DNA of 61,924 nt. Source: Rhina ancylostomus. Lineage: Eukaryota. The notes under the pieces are model-generated. The model ran no database searches and was not told the origin of the DNA. It saw nothing but the letters and a program-made list of their open reading frames with translations. The stretch lies in assembly GCA_030265395.1 (NCBI GenBank), contig JARFYF010000050.1:10179969-10241892 (forward strand). The letters are read 5' to 3'. How positions within the stretch are numbered: position 1 is the first letter of the stretch; each line of letters opens with the position of its first letter. This document shows positions 46,481 through 60,630 of the stretch, piece after piece. Made by a program: the position numbers and the translations under genes.

Positions 46481-49400
46481 CTGCTTCTACACCCAATTTG
46501 TGTTTCTTTATTTATTCCATCATTACATCCCACTTTTGCCAATTAATTACTGCAACCTTCTGCACTCTCCCAAACTCTGTTTGAACTTAATAGCTGATAA
46601 GCTAACGTCTTTTAATTTAGCAAAAAATTCAAGCATAACCTCACCCCCTCTCTACCTGCTGGATCTTTCCAGCATTATTTTGGCCCCCAATTCAATACAC
46701 CAGTTTGTTGCTGCTTACAAAACAACTACATCCACTTAACTCAAAAAAGATGCACTAAATAGCTTTCAGACAATATTGTATCAAAATGTCACGAAGTACC
46801 GATAATTGTTAGAGCAGCAATTTCCACGTAAAAAATGATGTTAAGAGCCATTACTTCCAAATAGTGAATTCAGAAAGAGATCAAATCTTGGTTACTTCCA
46901 ACATTACACTTTTCAATTTCTCTTCTGGTTAAATGGTTTTACATTTCATTCTTCAGGGGAAGAATCCAGGATTTATCATGTCATATTATTGACATGAGAG
47001 TGAGCAATGGAAGAGAGAAACAATGCTCACAATTAATTTCACAATTTATTCCTTTTGTTTGTCTTTTTTTTAAACTTTAAAAATCTAATCTGATTTTTTT
47101 TAAAGAAACCCAAATTGTGCATGCTCTCCAAAATCCAATAAAGAAACCTGTTCAAAATAACAGCACGTTCTTACTGCATCATTATCAACACATTTCAAAA
47201 CATGTCTGAAAGCCTCAGAATTTGAAATTGGAAAGCAGATTGTAAATACACATTCACCCATGAAAATAGAAGTTAGGAAGAGTATCAGAAAACTTGATCA
47301 AAGAGTGAGGCTGAGATTTTTAAAAAAAAGGGAAGGAAAAAGATTTGTAGAGCAGGAATTGGGAAGAAGAGTGTCAGTGTCATAATCTGCAGGTGTGATG
47401 AAGTGGGTCGGGAGATTTCCAAGTCAAGTTTTAGAAGAACGGAGAGTTCAAAAAGTTTGAGGATACAGAGCGGAAAGAAATCTCGGACACATTTAAAGAA
47501 CAAAAGACATTACATACGGGCATTGGTAACCAGGAATACAACCAAAGAGCAGTGAGGAATGGCATGGCAGGCAAACAATACTTAATGTGGGACAGGATGG
47601 ATATAAATTTTCATTTGTCAAGTTGGGTAGGTGGAATAACAGAGAACACCAGTGAGAGAGTTAAAGTAATCGAGTCGAAACACGGTAAAAGTTTATAGCC
47701 TTTGATAAAGATGGACTGTGTTATGGGGCTACAAGCAAGTCATCTGTGCAGATAACAGGATGAGGCTTAAAGCCCATTTCAGGACAATATAGCCGCAAAT
47801 AATCTGTTTCAGCAAGTGTGATGATTATTTCAAAGCCTTCACCTGGCCAAGTAGAAAACCAGTCCTTTCAATGCTGACCTGGAGAAAGTTAGACTTTCCT
47901 AAAATAGGCCAAATAGAAAGCAGAGAACCAGTCAAATAGTCAAGAAATGTTATGCAGAGTGGGGGTGGATCTCATCTGTACCCGTCCACCTTGTGCCTGC
48001 AAAAGGTAATGAGATGAAAGAGGAAGGAGGTCAAGGAAGGATCCTTGGAGAACTCAGGAGGCAAGTGAAGTTCCAAATGGGAAGAGAACCCTTGGTTGGA
48101 GATGTCCCATCTGTGTTTCAGTAGGTAGAAACAGAACTGTGGAGAATCTGTCTCACTGCAGATACTAGCAGCATTAAGCTGCCTTGGCTGCATTCACCAC
48201 GGCTGACTTTTACTATGGTTACTTTAGGGGGACTAAAAAGAGCAATGAAGGGAAGACTGAAGTATTTGGGATAACCATCAATTTCATCAAGGCCTTGTCT
48301 CTCTTTTGATGCTGATTAAATCTGGTGCAGTCTCTACCCACCTGTGCACCTGGAGGTAACCAGATGCAATTACAATAACTATTTATCACAAAAGCACCAT
48401 GTAAACCACACTAAATTTGCTAACAGTTCCAAACAGTTCACAACCTACTAAACCATGATTAAATGCCAACACAGAATTCTAGAACTGGTCCTGCTGAGCT
48501 CAAGAGATTTTAAGATTAAGATGTGTCCGAGTAACGAAGATTAATTGCGTATGGTGAAACCAGTTACTCTATTGGATTAAATGTTATTGATCAACTATTA
48601 TCTTTGAGAAATAGATTTCAAATGAAATGAACTGATTGGGAGCATTTACTCCGGATTCAAGGACAAGTTGACCCAAGAATCTCATTACAATTTATCAAGC
48701 AACTCCAGAGCTAGAAAAAAAATTGCCCTGACCTTCGCACACTTTCGGAATTATTTCAAGCCCTTTATGTTTCCATGATTCCACATCAAATTTATCTGAT
48801 ATACTAATCAATATTTTTATTTTTTACAAACTCAGTTTCCACCAATATTCCTGCAACAAAAATCAGGGAGTATACCTTGACCAGAAATCCAGTATTTGTG
48901 GGCACTGAAAGCATATTATCCAACCACTGGATATCAAAACCTAGTCTGACCTATTCAAACAACTCAAAATTTCAGGTAACCAGTTTCATATAAGAAGGAA
49001 ACACAAGGCTATTATGGCCAAGAGCTACAGACAACATTACACACAGAGGCTCAGTTGTTTCCACGTGTATTCTGAACACAGAATACAAAGACACAGGCAA
49101 GATCTGAAGATAGAATTTACCCACTGAGATAAAAAAACCAACATTTTTGAGGCAGAAAGCACATAAAAAAAAATGATCCAGCTAGTAAAAGGTGTGACTC
49201 GACACAATTACCATGTACAGCATATCCCACTGGGACAATGTGGCCTGGAGTTAAGTCAATGAAAGATGAGCAAGTGAAAGTCATGTGCACCTGCTCAGAG
49301 AAATAAATAATACCCGGACCACTTCAGCTGCACATTCCTTTAATTCAGTTTTCACAAGCTGTCAGTTCTTTGGTTATTTGGTTACTAAGACTACTAATAC

Positions 49401-50706
49401 ACTTTTTAAAAGTTTGTAACAAAATAGTTAAACCCTCATAAAATAAGATGGACCTTGACCTCACAATCTAGCTCGTTATGACCTTGCAGCCTATTGTCTA
49501 CCTGCACTGCACTCTGTAACTGAAACACTTTATTCGGTATTGTTTTACCCTGTACTATTTCAATGCACTGTGTAATTAATTGACCTGTATGCAAGACATC
49601 TTTTCCCCACTGTACCTCGTATAAGTGACAATAGTAAACCAATTCCAATCCCAAACCAAAGCAACAATCAACTGACATTTACATAAAGTCTTTCACGTAG
49701 AATAACACAAAAGTACTCATAGGAGCAATAACTGACAGAACAATCAGTAAATTTTACAAGAGGTGACCACTGTATGGTCAACTAGAATGCGTTTAAACCC
49801 AGAGAACAGAAACTGAAGATGTATGGTGGAACCCAACGATGGATACGAGGCAGGCCATACAAAACATGGTGAAGCTACAAAAGGATTTGCGGTTGCAGAA
49901 TTTAAACGGTGACATTTTACAAACATTGTATTCCACCAAACCACACAGTACACATCAAAAAAGTGTCAACGATTCATTCAACATCTTTTGTATTATCTTG
50001 AAAAACAAAATGGGCTTTTTTGCTTTTAAAATCAAACCACTTACTTAAAGGTCGCAGTACAAACACCGGGTTATGTAAAAAAAAAATCAGGCAGGCAGCA
50101 ATTACTTATGATAAACAAATCTAAGAGGTACTCTATTTAAAACAAAGCACTGGCACATCAATTCACACCATGCCCTCTGATTAGAGGATGTTAATTTGAT
50201 CTCCATCTTTAATAAAAGAGATATTATACAAAATGCTACCTCTCAACATAGAAATGCACTGTGCGACTAGGTACGGCTGCATATGTACAGATTCCTTTTG
50301 AACACAGTCACACAAAGATAGACATTAGAGGACTTTTGGGAAAATCTTGCACATCCTCCAGCCATTTGCCTGCTTTCTCAGCAGGGTACATTGTAAAGCG
50401 GTTATACTGAAATTGTTACTAAATGGAACATCTCCAAATTATATTAAAATACATCTTCATATTAGACTGAACAGTTTTCTTCCGGCAGCATTAAATAGAT
50501 AATTGCAAATTTTACTACAATATACCTATTATTGTAAAGATTGAGGTGTAATGGAGTAAAACAGTACATGAAAAATTGAACATAACTTGATGCATTCCAT
50601 TTCTGAAGTACACTTATATCAGTCACGTGTTATTTCTAGGTCCAAATCACGCAAGGCTAGGACACAGATATCACTTTTCTTAAAATAGTTGCAAGGTTTT
50701 ACTATA

Positions 50707-50997
50707 TAGGCTGTCCCCAGGTTATGAACTGCCAACTTACACGAACAAGCTCCCATAATATTATTAAATTCAAAAGTTCAACATACATACATAGGTTCAT
50801 TCTTATGAATGGCAGACTAGTTTCTTCTCTCTCTCATCATTTTCACTAATTGTTCTTTCTTATCAGTCTTGTCCTTTTATTGCCATTCATTATAAATACA
50901 GAGAAGGTATGGTTACCATAGAGAATGATTTTTGTGTATTTTCTGACTTCTGGACATCTGTAAACACAGAACACGTTTATTACCTGAAGATGGCCTG
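50707..50997. mobile_element. MITE with Tigger/TcMar-like terminal inverted repeats
   Basis: TA|taggctgtccccaggttatgaac ... gtttattacctgaagatggcctg; no coding capacity; second copy of the family at 38778. Confidence 0.7.
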
Positions 50998-51039
50998 AAC
51001 TAAGAAATCATCAACTCTTCAGAACCATGAATAACTTTA

Positions 51040-51380
51040 CCATAAGACATCGGAACAGAATTAGGCCACTTGGCCCGAGTCTGCTCCGCCATCCAATCGT
51101 GGCTGATTTTTTTTAAAAAAAACATTCTCCTGCCTTCTCTCCATAACCCTTAAACCTCCAGTCAAAAACCTCTCAATCTGCCTCAAATACACCCAATGAC
51201 TTGGCCTCCACAAGCCTCTCTGGCAACGAGTTCCAAGATTCACCACCCTCTGGCTGAAGAAATTTTTCCTCATCTCAATTTTAAAGGGATGTCCCTTTAT
51301 TCTGAGGCTGTGCCCTTGAATCCTAGACTCTCCTACTGATGGAAACATTCTCTCCACATCCACTCAATCCAGGCCTTTCA
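51040..51380 (-). mobile_element. CR1-clade LINE 3' fragment
   Basis: MDVERMFPSVGESRIQGHSLRIKGHPFKIEMRKNFFSQRVVNL, the CR1 ORF2 C-terminus. Confidence 0.88.
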
Positions 51381-53189
51381 TTATCCAGTTGGATTACAGG
51401 GAAAAACAGAGCAAGCACTTGCTTCATGGCAACTCAGGGGAACTTGCAACGGCCAAGTGTGAGCATTCCCATTTATATACCTGGAAACTGGCTGTGGCTA
51501 GCATTGAAAGAAGCAAAATCCTACAAAATAATTACCCTGATCAATAAACATACATAAATGTGAAAGGCATAATCATGCCCTCCAGTTTGCCTCCCCTCAC
51601 CCATGACAATAATATTTTTAGCCCCTCAACCTGAAGATTCATGCCAAATATAATTTCAAAGGAAAACCAAAACACTCAGCAGGTCAGGCAGCATGAAAAG
51701 AGAAATAGAGTTAACATTTCAGGTCTTAATAAAGATCCTCAACCTGAAACATTAACTCAGTTTCTGTAACCACAGATGGTGCCTGACCTGTTGAGTGTCT
51801 TTAGCATTTTCTGTTTTGTTTCAGATTTCCAGTATCAGTCATTTTTTTTGAGCTACAATTTCAGAGGAAATGGCTATTCAATTCTTTACCTTTGTTAGCT
51901 TTAGCACAGTCACTATTCACCTTGATCCTGCCCACATACTTGCAGCAGTAAGTCACATCCATTTTCCCACTTCTTGACACAGCAACATGAATGCCAACAG
52001 TGGGCTCCCCCCAACACACCTTTCCTTTGAATAGTTAGCGTAGTATGGACCAACACAGGAAGTCTGGACATTCCTGGCTCTGTACCCTACCATTGGTGCA
52101 TTCCTCTCTTGATACACACAGAGATCCAGGCTAGCTTAACACAAACAACTTCCAATGTGAATGCCATCCTCTTCACCTCATCTAAAATCTGGTTCCTTTC
52201 ACACCAACCTGGCAGAAATAAAGCTTGTTGGCATTTGTGGCCAAAACTTTTGTACCTAGGCCGTACCTACTTATTAAAAGAGAAAATATAAACATACCTT
52301 CATAAAATTAGTTCTATCTGCTCTAGAAGGCTGGCACGCTTTATGTAACAATCTCTTATTTAGCAAGAGGAAAACAGAATTAAATTACTGCATTAACCAA
52401 GAACATTTTAAAGCACATCACCTTACAAATTGCTTTGAGGCGTAGCCACAAGTTCCTGAGAGGACAAATATGGCTGATTTTCTCACAAGATGAACACTAG
52501 TGTATTTTCGTGAAAGATTAACAAGGACACACAAGTCCCAGCTCTTCTTCAAACAGTGCACTAAGGCAATTTCTACCTAACTTGACAGCCCAACAAGACC
52601 AATCTGTGAAGGTCAGCCCTAACGTTAACTCCCTCAGTGCTCTGCTGAAATATCAATGGATACAAGCAAGACTCAATGTCAAAATTCAATAAACCCACAA
52701 ACTTGGTTCATGTGCCATCAACTGGTCCAAATTGATAGATCCTTTCTAAAAAAAAACTTTTTATATATAAAAAAAGAAATTACCAGTAATTTATTAACCT
52801 CTACCCTTGAAAACTAACCTGGAGGAGTTGATTTTTTGACCATTACGAGGCAAAATTAAAGACTACAGAATTACGTAGTTAAATTAGTACAGTTTACTCA
52901 TGTATTGATAAATGTTCTTAACCGTTTCCGAAAATGTCACCACGGAAGAGAATACCTGAGCAATTAAAAATACTTCCCAAACATCATTTTAACGCCGTCA
53001 GATGACTGAGTAGCTCTTAAACCCTTCTGCTGATGAAGATGTATCCTGCAGGATAACACAGTGCACCGAGACCGATGACGGGGCTCCATCACGACCTGTT
53101 ATAATCGCGATTGACTCCGGCATACAGCAACCAAGCACGTGTTTTAAACCCCCGAAACAGGACATCAGACGGCCAGTCAAGTGTGAAAG

Positions 53190-53900
53190 TCACGGTCAAA
53201 GCTCCTCGTTACCTGCCCTGCCACAGTCACCACCACACTGAATAATGTATCTAAGAATATACAACATATTTGATTCGCGATCACACCGTGATAGGGTACA
53301 AAATATCACACTGCGCCAATTCTGACCTGACTTCCCTCGCTGGCGCCACGGATACTTTGTAGCTGCTTCTTCGCAGCGCTGATTCCTCCCCCCCCCCTCC
53401 CCCGCCGCTCCACACTTTAATCGACAACCGGCCTGACCAATCGGAAGCCCAGCGCGCCCTCGAGCTCCGCCCACATGCAGCGCCCGGCGGCAACGCGCAC
53501 CAATCAGCGGCGGGCCCCAGCGCAGCCCCTGAAGCAGGCCGACCTGGCTGCGTGTATCCATTTGCAGTGACATTGTGCAATATTCCGCTACAGTCGCTCG
53601 CCGCGACCTCCGCTGAGTTCCCTGCGGGCTGCCGACTGCGCCCGCAACGAAGCTGCCCTTCCCACACCAGGCAACGCCAGCCCGGGAAGGAAGCCAGTCA
53701 GCATTACCTGAGCAGAACAAACGTGGGGCCAGTGAGCAATGCAGATGTGTCACACAACATGGACTCGGTGCAGCGCTGCACTGTACATCCGGGGAAGCGT
53801 GCAGTAAACAGCGATGATTGACGGATGACATGCCTGGTGAATGGGCATGCGAGTGTCCAGAGAATGCACTCAGAGCCCTGTCGGTCAGAAGCACGTTTTG
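53190..53900. promoter_or_regulatory. CpG island, probable USP36 promoter
   Basis: The only CpG-dense, GC-rich segment in an otherwise CpG-depleted window. CCAAT at 53316, 53437 and 53500; GC box ccgccc at 53467; CGGAAG (ETS-like) next to the 53437 CCAAT. It lies 5' of the minus-strand gene, whose ATG exon has a splice acceptor and so needs an upstream exon. Confidence 0.8.
53213..53380 (-). other. USP36: Candidate non-coding exon 1 (5'UTR) of USP36
   Basis: Donor cag|gtaacg at 53213/53212 at the downstream edge of the CpG island. The TSS position is a guess. Another possible donor, cag|gtaatg, lies near 53708. Confidence 0.4.
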
Positions 53901-53999
53901 TTTATCACCGTGCAGCTAATTATTTGGAAGTCGGTTGTGAAATCAGAAATTCAAGTTCTGCTGTNNNNNNNACAGTTTTAAACAAACTTCAAGCACAAG

Positions 54000-54500
54000 T
54001 TTCAGAGACGGAACAGGAGGGGCGGAGGAGTGGGCCATTCGGTCCCTTCAAGCCTGATTCACCATTCAATAAGATCATGGCCATTTTTCTGCACACCCTC
54101 TGTCCCTCGTTTCTTATAATTTCCAAAACGAAATCTTGACACACCCAGTGACTGAACCTCCACAAGCCCTCCTGGGTTGAGAATTCCAAAGATTCTTGAG
54201 AAGGGATTTCTTTCCATCTCTGTACTGAAAGGTCAGTCCCTTATTTTCAGATTGTGACCCCAGATTTTAGATAGGTCAGGGGAAACATCAACTTTGCATT
54301 TCCTTTCTCACAACCGTATCTTTCCTTGGGTGGGGAGACTAGATGGTCCATAGCATTCCAGATGGTTTCAGCGGAAATCTGTATATTTGGAAATGACTTA
54401 TCTATTCATATACTCAAATCCACATGCATTTTAACTTCCCAATTGCTTGCTGAACCTGCATAATAATTTAGGTAGATAAGGACACCCTGGTCTCTCTGAG
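54000..54500 (-). mobile_element. Degraded CR1-type LINE 3' end
   Basis: ggccattcggtcccttcaagcctg...ccattcaataagatcatggc is the reverse-oriented CR1 3' terminus, like 51060-51100. Confidence 0.6.
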
Positions 54501-55033
54501 CATCAACACATTTCAATCTCATAGCTGCTAAAATTACTCTGCCTTGCTATTCAGTCTACATATAAAGTCACATTGCCATTACTGTTTGGAGGTCTACATA
54601 AAACTCCCAGCATTGTTTTCTTCCCTTGCTGTTTCTTTAAGTATCAAAGCAGTTCACTGGAATCTGCTAAGGGTTTGCTTCCAAGAAGTGAAGAAATTAA
54701 AGACTGATCTGATTGAATGCAGCAGTTAAATGCAGCAACACACCACCACCTTCTCAAGGCTGATGAGGAAAGAGCAATAAATGCTGGCCTTGCCAACAAC
54801 AACTAGATCCCCAAAATAGATCAGTAAAAACATTTATTTAAAGTAAGTATCTAAATTGATTGGGGAAATGAGAATGGTCCAAATATTAGAGCCAAAGTTT
54901 CTTGAAACATGTCAGGAAATACACAAGTAGAGGGAGGTAGAAATTTGGAACTCTTCTGCAAACAGCAATTGATGTGCAATAAATTGGTACTTTTAAATTT
55001 GTTTTGTGTTCTTTGAAACACAGTAACAGTACA

Positions 55034-55265
55034 GCACGGTAGTGTAGTGGTTAGCAAGATGATATTACAGCACCGGCGACCCGGGTTCGATTCCCGCCGC
55101 TGCCTTTAAGGAGTTTCTACGTTCTCCCGTGTCTGCGTGGGTTTCCTCCGGGTGCTCTGGTTTCCTCCCACATTTCAAAGACATACGGGTAGGTTAATTT
55201 GGGGTTTAAAATGGGCAGTGTGGACTTGTTGGGCTGGAGGGGCCTGTTACCACGCTGTAAATAAA
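55034..55265 (+). mobile_element. tRNA-derived V-SINE (HE1-like)
   Basis: A box tagtgtagtgg, B box ggttcgattcc, V-domain core gggtttcctccgggtgctctggtttcctcccaca, LINE-derived tail. Confidence 0.88.
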
Positions 55266-55543
55266 ATTTAAAGAAATTTCCTCAAGCGCTTTCACTGAGA
55301 TAAGACAGAACTAATAACAGGACACTATTGGACACCCCCATTCTCAAGCTAAACTGCAAAATGATACTACAATACGACGCAGTTTTTTGAAGGTACATGC
55401 ACATTCATATGCATATTAGACTAATTGTCTAAAAAAACAAACCCTTTGAACAATGAACTATCTATGTTATACCATCAGTTAATTATTTACAGTTGTGAAA
55501 TTACACAATGTACTGTTACGGACTAGGACTATTAGTGAGTGTC

Positions 55544-55579
<36 letters not shown>
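55544..55579 (+). repeat. (GA)n microsatellite
   Basis: agagagagagagagagagagaaagagagagagagag. Confidence 0.95.
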
Positions 55580-55580
<1 letters not shown>

Positions 55581-58500
55581 AGCCTGCTTGTTTTCTGTCG
55601 ATGGAGGAGAAATAATAACTGTGACTGTCACTGCAATCCATGTATGGATTGTTGAGAGTAATCCGGTGGAGTTCACTTTGTTGTTAACCTGTGGAGGAAA
55701 ACAGGTAGTTGGTGTGGANNNNNNNNNNNNNNNNNNNNNNNNNNNNNNNNNNNNNNNNNNNNNNNNNNNNNNNNNNNNNNNNNNNNNNNNNNNNNNNNNN
55801 NNNNNNNNNNNNNNNNNNNNNNNNNNNNNNNNNNNNNNNNNNNNNNNNNNNNNNNNNNNNNNNNNNNNNNNNNNNNNNNGAATTGACCTGTACGATCAGT
55901 ATGCAAGACAAGTTTTTCACTGTACCTTGGTACAAGTGACAATAATAAACCAATACTTCTCCCCTTTAACTTCTTAACCTTTGTTATGAATTCATCTGTT
56001 GATTTGCCTTTGAAGGGGTGCATCTTGGGCTCTGCCTTCACCAGAAGACTTCACTTACAGTTCCGCTGTGCTGAACACCGAGGACTCATGATCCTCTGAT
56101 TATGTAGGGCTTGATCTTCCATTGCCCAGATTATGAAAGAAATGGCAAGTTTTTAATTTTGCTTTTTTTCTTTCATGGAGTAAGTGTTGCCAATCTGAAG
56201 TTCCCTGAGCTTGGGGATATGTGATAGATAAATTGAATCGTGTGAATCACAGTCCACGTTCTCTTGACACTTCCATTATTTTCTCTTTATCTACAACGTT
56301 TGAACCAGCCTTTGTCATTAATTTCTTTCACACCCTGGCTTCAGAATGTAGACTTCTTTCCAGACCAGAGTCCACTGTTCTATTTCCAGCACTGCCTCCA
56401 TTCACTGAGCCCATGTTGGATTTGGACTGGTCTTGCACAGGACGTGTGGTTTCCATCAGCTTTTCTGCTCCCTTCCCCAACTGGTCTTCATGTTCTTGTC
56501 ACAGCCTTCTTTTGGCCCAGGCACTTGTCAGTGTTCATCATTTTGTCCATTTGTGACTCCATTGCACTCAAGAGTGGTGGTATCCCTCAGTGCCTTTGGC
56601 CTGTGTTACTCTTGTTTGGGTGTCCCTGTGTCAGCATGTTCCCAATATTCTGTCATCTCCACTGATGCCTTCATTTGTAATGCTCCATCATAAGAAACAT
56701 GGATTGTATCTGCATTGGAACTTGCCGTCTCATCTACAAGAAACATTTTCAAATCTTATAATACACAAGTGCTGGAGGAACTCAGCAGGTCAGGCAGCAT
56801 CTACGGAGGGAAATAAACAGTCGATGTTCATTTCCATCCATGCATGCTGCCTGACCTGCTGAGTTCCTCTAGCACTCGTTGTGTATTGCTCCAGATTCTA
56901 GCATCTGCAGAATCTTTTGTCTCTTCAAATCTTATAATGTTTGTCTGCTACTCACTTTGAATATACTGTCCACATGAAGAATAATTATGAATCAGCTCTG
57001 CACCCCTACACCTTTGCTCTGTTCCAACGCAGATACTGCAGCCATTTCATCCCCAAGCATAACACACCAAAATTCTAGGCCAACTGGACAACCAGGAATT
57101 CTCATATCTACCGCATCCTTGAAGATTTCATTAACAAATGGCAGAAATATTTTTTGTGGAGGGTTCTTAACAAATAATATGATGCAGCCATTGTGGCTTG
57201 TCTTCTCAACTCCATCAATTTCTCCTTGAGCAGCAGTTTCTCCTTCACCACCTCTCCCAACTGTGGGGACTTCACTGTGATCAACTCTTTTTCATATAGC
57301 TAGCTCATTCAAGTGGCAGCCTGTAAACTTGTTTGCAAGTATTAGCTAGCTTTAAAAACAGTCCATCAATCTAAGTGACTTGATCCAATCAACATTCTGG
57401 ATTGTTGATGCATGCTCATAGTTCATAACTACAGTATGTAATTGGGCTCAAATGTCCATGCAAGACATCTAGCAGTCAAATTCACCCTGACTGGAGAGAG
57501 TGTCTTAGTGCACCTCAGCAGAATGTGGAGGAAACATTTGCGTATACATTCTGTTGTATCATGGAACAACTTGCCATGGTACTAATGTGCATATTATGGT
57601 TGCTTCCTCACTCAACAGATATCATTTTTAGTACTCTCATCAACTGTACAATAAACACTATTATGTCTATTTCCAATTTTTCACTTCAAGTCCACCATAT
57701 GTTCCACAGACTGATCTCCTTGCTTCCAAGGCATATGGGAAGCACCTTCTCCATCAGCTGCTAGCTTCTTTGTAAATTTGCACTATGGTGTGACATGTCC
57801 TACCCTTTCTCGATCATAACACTGGACATTCTGTCACAATGTTGAGCAAACTCACAGAGAACCCAAATGCAGCACACCGATACAAAACTGGAGTCAGGAT
57901 ACTTCCTCAGGACAAACACAGGCAGCANNNNNNNNNNNNNNNNNNNNNNNNNNNNNNNNNNNNNNNNNNNNNNNNNNNNNNNNNNNNNNNNNNNNNNNNN
58001 NNNNNNNNNNNNNNNNNNNNNNNNNNNTTATGCAATCAGTCCAGCATGGAATCCATGTGCTGGACAACAAGGCATTAAAGGAGCCAAACTGAGGCCATAA
58101 CTCAGAAGCATGATACATTCTGAAGCTGGGTGTCTCCATTGCAAGAATTCCCACCATTTCCACCCATGTGTTCAGGAGCCTCTTCACCTTTAGCAGTCAC
58201 GTGACCTGCTAGCTTCCCTCTGAACCCACGTGACCTCTCTTTGTGACTCGGCCTTGATGAAGAAGACCATGTCGCCATTACTGATTCGCTGGTCTGTGCG
58301 CTTACACCTCAGAATTAGCCTCCAAGCGAAGCTGCCTCACAAACTCACATGGCGTCTCTCTACTGATGAAAATCCTATAATACTCCCTGGAGTATTTGGT
58401 CCACATTCCTCTTCTGTTATACACTAGTTGAGCTATACTCATATTCCCAAGGGCAGTAACTTTCTGAGAAATTAAATGCCTTTGCCACACCAATGTTATT

Positions 58501-59019
58501 ATGACTTGAAATCTGGGAAGTCCTACTATTAATCTAATACTCTAAAACTAAAATGCTTCTCTAAACAATATCTGACAATATCAGATTAAAATATCTCATC
58601 AAGGTTTTTGTATGACCGTACCTTATGGTGTTAGCAGACCCACCTGCATCTGTATCGCTTTCCACTCCTCACGTCATTGTTTTCCTCTCTCCTGTCTGCT
58701 TCCCCAGGACCTCAGTGATGTTTACCTCAGAGAACAGTTCCGCTTGGTCCAAACACAGGGTGAATGATCGAGTCTGCTGGTACCTATCGAGCCTTCCAAT
58801 GTTTCTCACTTGTCCATTTCCTGCCATCCTCATGCTCCTACTCCGAGAACCAGACCCTCTTGTTTCATCACGCTGGATCTTTGTCTCCTGTTATTCTGAG
58901 AAACATAAAACTTGTCCTCAATGTAGTGTCTGTGGATTGCCATAAGTACCATCCATCAGTTTAGATAGAGTTATGCAGAACATTTTTATTGAAGGCAGTC
59001 ATTCTCAACCTATACAGCA

Positions 59020-59330
59020 ACCAGGCTTAAGGACAGCTTTTATCCCACTGTGATAAGACTAGTGAATAGTTCCCTTATACGATGAGATGGACTTGGACCT
59101 CACGATCTACCTTGTGACCTTGCACCTCATTGTCTACCTGCACTGCACTTTCTCTGTAGCTGTGACACTTTACTCTGTACTGTTACTGTTTTTACCTGCA
59201 CTACATCAATTCACTCTGTACTAACTCAATGTAACTGCACTGTGTAATGAACTGACCGGAATGATCGGTATGCAAGACAAGTTTTTCACTGTACCCTCGG
59301 TACAAGTGACAATAATAAACCAATACCAAC
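59020..59330 (+). mobile_element. Dispersed LINE-tail repeat ending gtacaagtgacaataataaaccaatacc
   Basis: Near-identical copies at ~49440-49650 (+), ~55880-55955 (+) and ~9826-9912 (-). Confidence 0.7.
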
Positions 59331-60474
59331 CTCTGAAACAACAATATATCAGTTATACCATATAGATCACTGAGATCAGAAGGTTTCTCATTAGCAAAAG
59401 TATTATGGATTAAGGGGGAAAACCATGTTGATGGAGTTAGGTCACCAATCAGCCATAACCTCACTAAATGGTAAAACCGGCTGGATGATTTATAAACCCT
59501 TTCTTCTTCCTTTGTATATCTACGTGAAAAAGTACTGAATGGCTTTTCCTCCTGCTACATTATTCCTTGCAATAATCCACACATGTTTTCAAAAATTTTC
59601 ATTGATAGGTTCTCAATTGTGGACTTCCTGCCTTTGAAGAAAGTGTTCACAAGTGTTGGGAAAATGAACAACTGTATGACATTTTAATTCTATTATATGC
59701 TAGAGATATATCGTTCATCAGAATTAGGCCATTTTTGTCCTAAGAATTTTCATTAAAAAGTTCATCCTTATTTTCATATCCCTCCATGTCAGTGAACAGC
59801 TTCAGCAATCTGAGATTTCTCTGTTTCTCCAATTCTGGTCTCAAACGCATCCCCGGTTTTCAGCAAACCACCACTGTTGGCTATGACTCCAACCGCCTGA
59901 CTCTGTGCTTTCTTCCTCATACCTTTCTTCTTTTAAGAGTCTCCTTAAAAGTTACTGATTTGAGCAAGGTTTTGATCATCTGGCCTAACATCTTGTTATT
60001 AGCCTGACGTCAGATTTTGTTTGATAGCACTCCTGTGAAATGTCCTAAAATGTACCATATTAAAGATGCTGTATATATCCCAAATAGAAACATAAAATGC
60101 TGGAAACATTCACAAGTCAGGCATCTGTGGAAAGAGAACAAAGTTAACATTTCCAATTAATGACCCTGCACTATAACTGGGAAAGAGTTAAAACAGTTTT
60201 AAGATACAGAGAGGGTGAGGGAGAGATGAATAGACAGAGTGAATATCTCTGATAGGGTGAGACCAAGTTTGGATGACTTCATCTGCAGTTCATCCCCATG
60301 GCAGATTTCACACTTCGTATCTGCGGTCCTTCAATGTTTGATTTACAATTACTATACAAGTGCCATTTATTGAANNNNNNNNNNNNNNNNNNNNNNNNNN
60401 NNNNNNNNNNNNNNNNNNNNNNNNNNNNNNNNNNNNNNNNNNNNNNNNNNNNNNNNNNNNNNNNNNNNNNNNNN

Positions 60475-60630
60475 GAGGCGCTGGCTGTCTACTCTATCTA
60501 TCCCTCTCAACATTTTATACACCTCTATCATGTCTCCCCTCATCCTCCTCCGCTCCATTGAGAAAAGCCCTAGCACCTTAAGCCTGGCTTCATATTCCAG
60601 ACACTCTAATCCAGGCAGCATCCTGGTAAA
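60475..60630 (-). mobile_element. CR1-clade LINE fragment
   Basis: FTRMLPGLECLEYEARLKVLGLFSMERRRMRGDMIEVYKMLRGIDRVDSQRL. Confidence 0.85.

Noticed and set aside
53196-53894. 232-aa minus-strand ORF and overlapping ORFs
   Set aside because: Stop-poor GC-rich CpG island; Arg/Gly/Ala-biased peptide with no recognisable domain.
55034-55110. tRNA-like A and B boxes (also at 61712)
   Set aside because: No full cloverleaf, and it continues into the V-SINE core, so it is a SINE head and not a tRNA gene.
56200-58300. Possible decayed LTR/Gypsy element or unknown gene
   Set aside because: Composition looks ex-coding, but I could not read a convincing motif in any frame; needs a tblastx or Dfam search.
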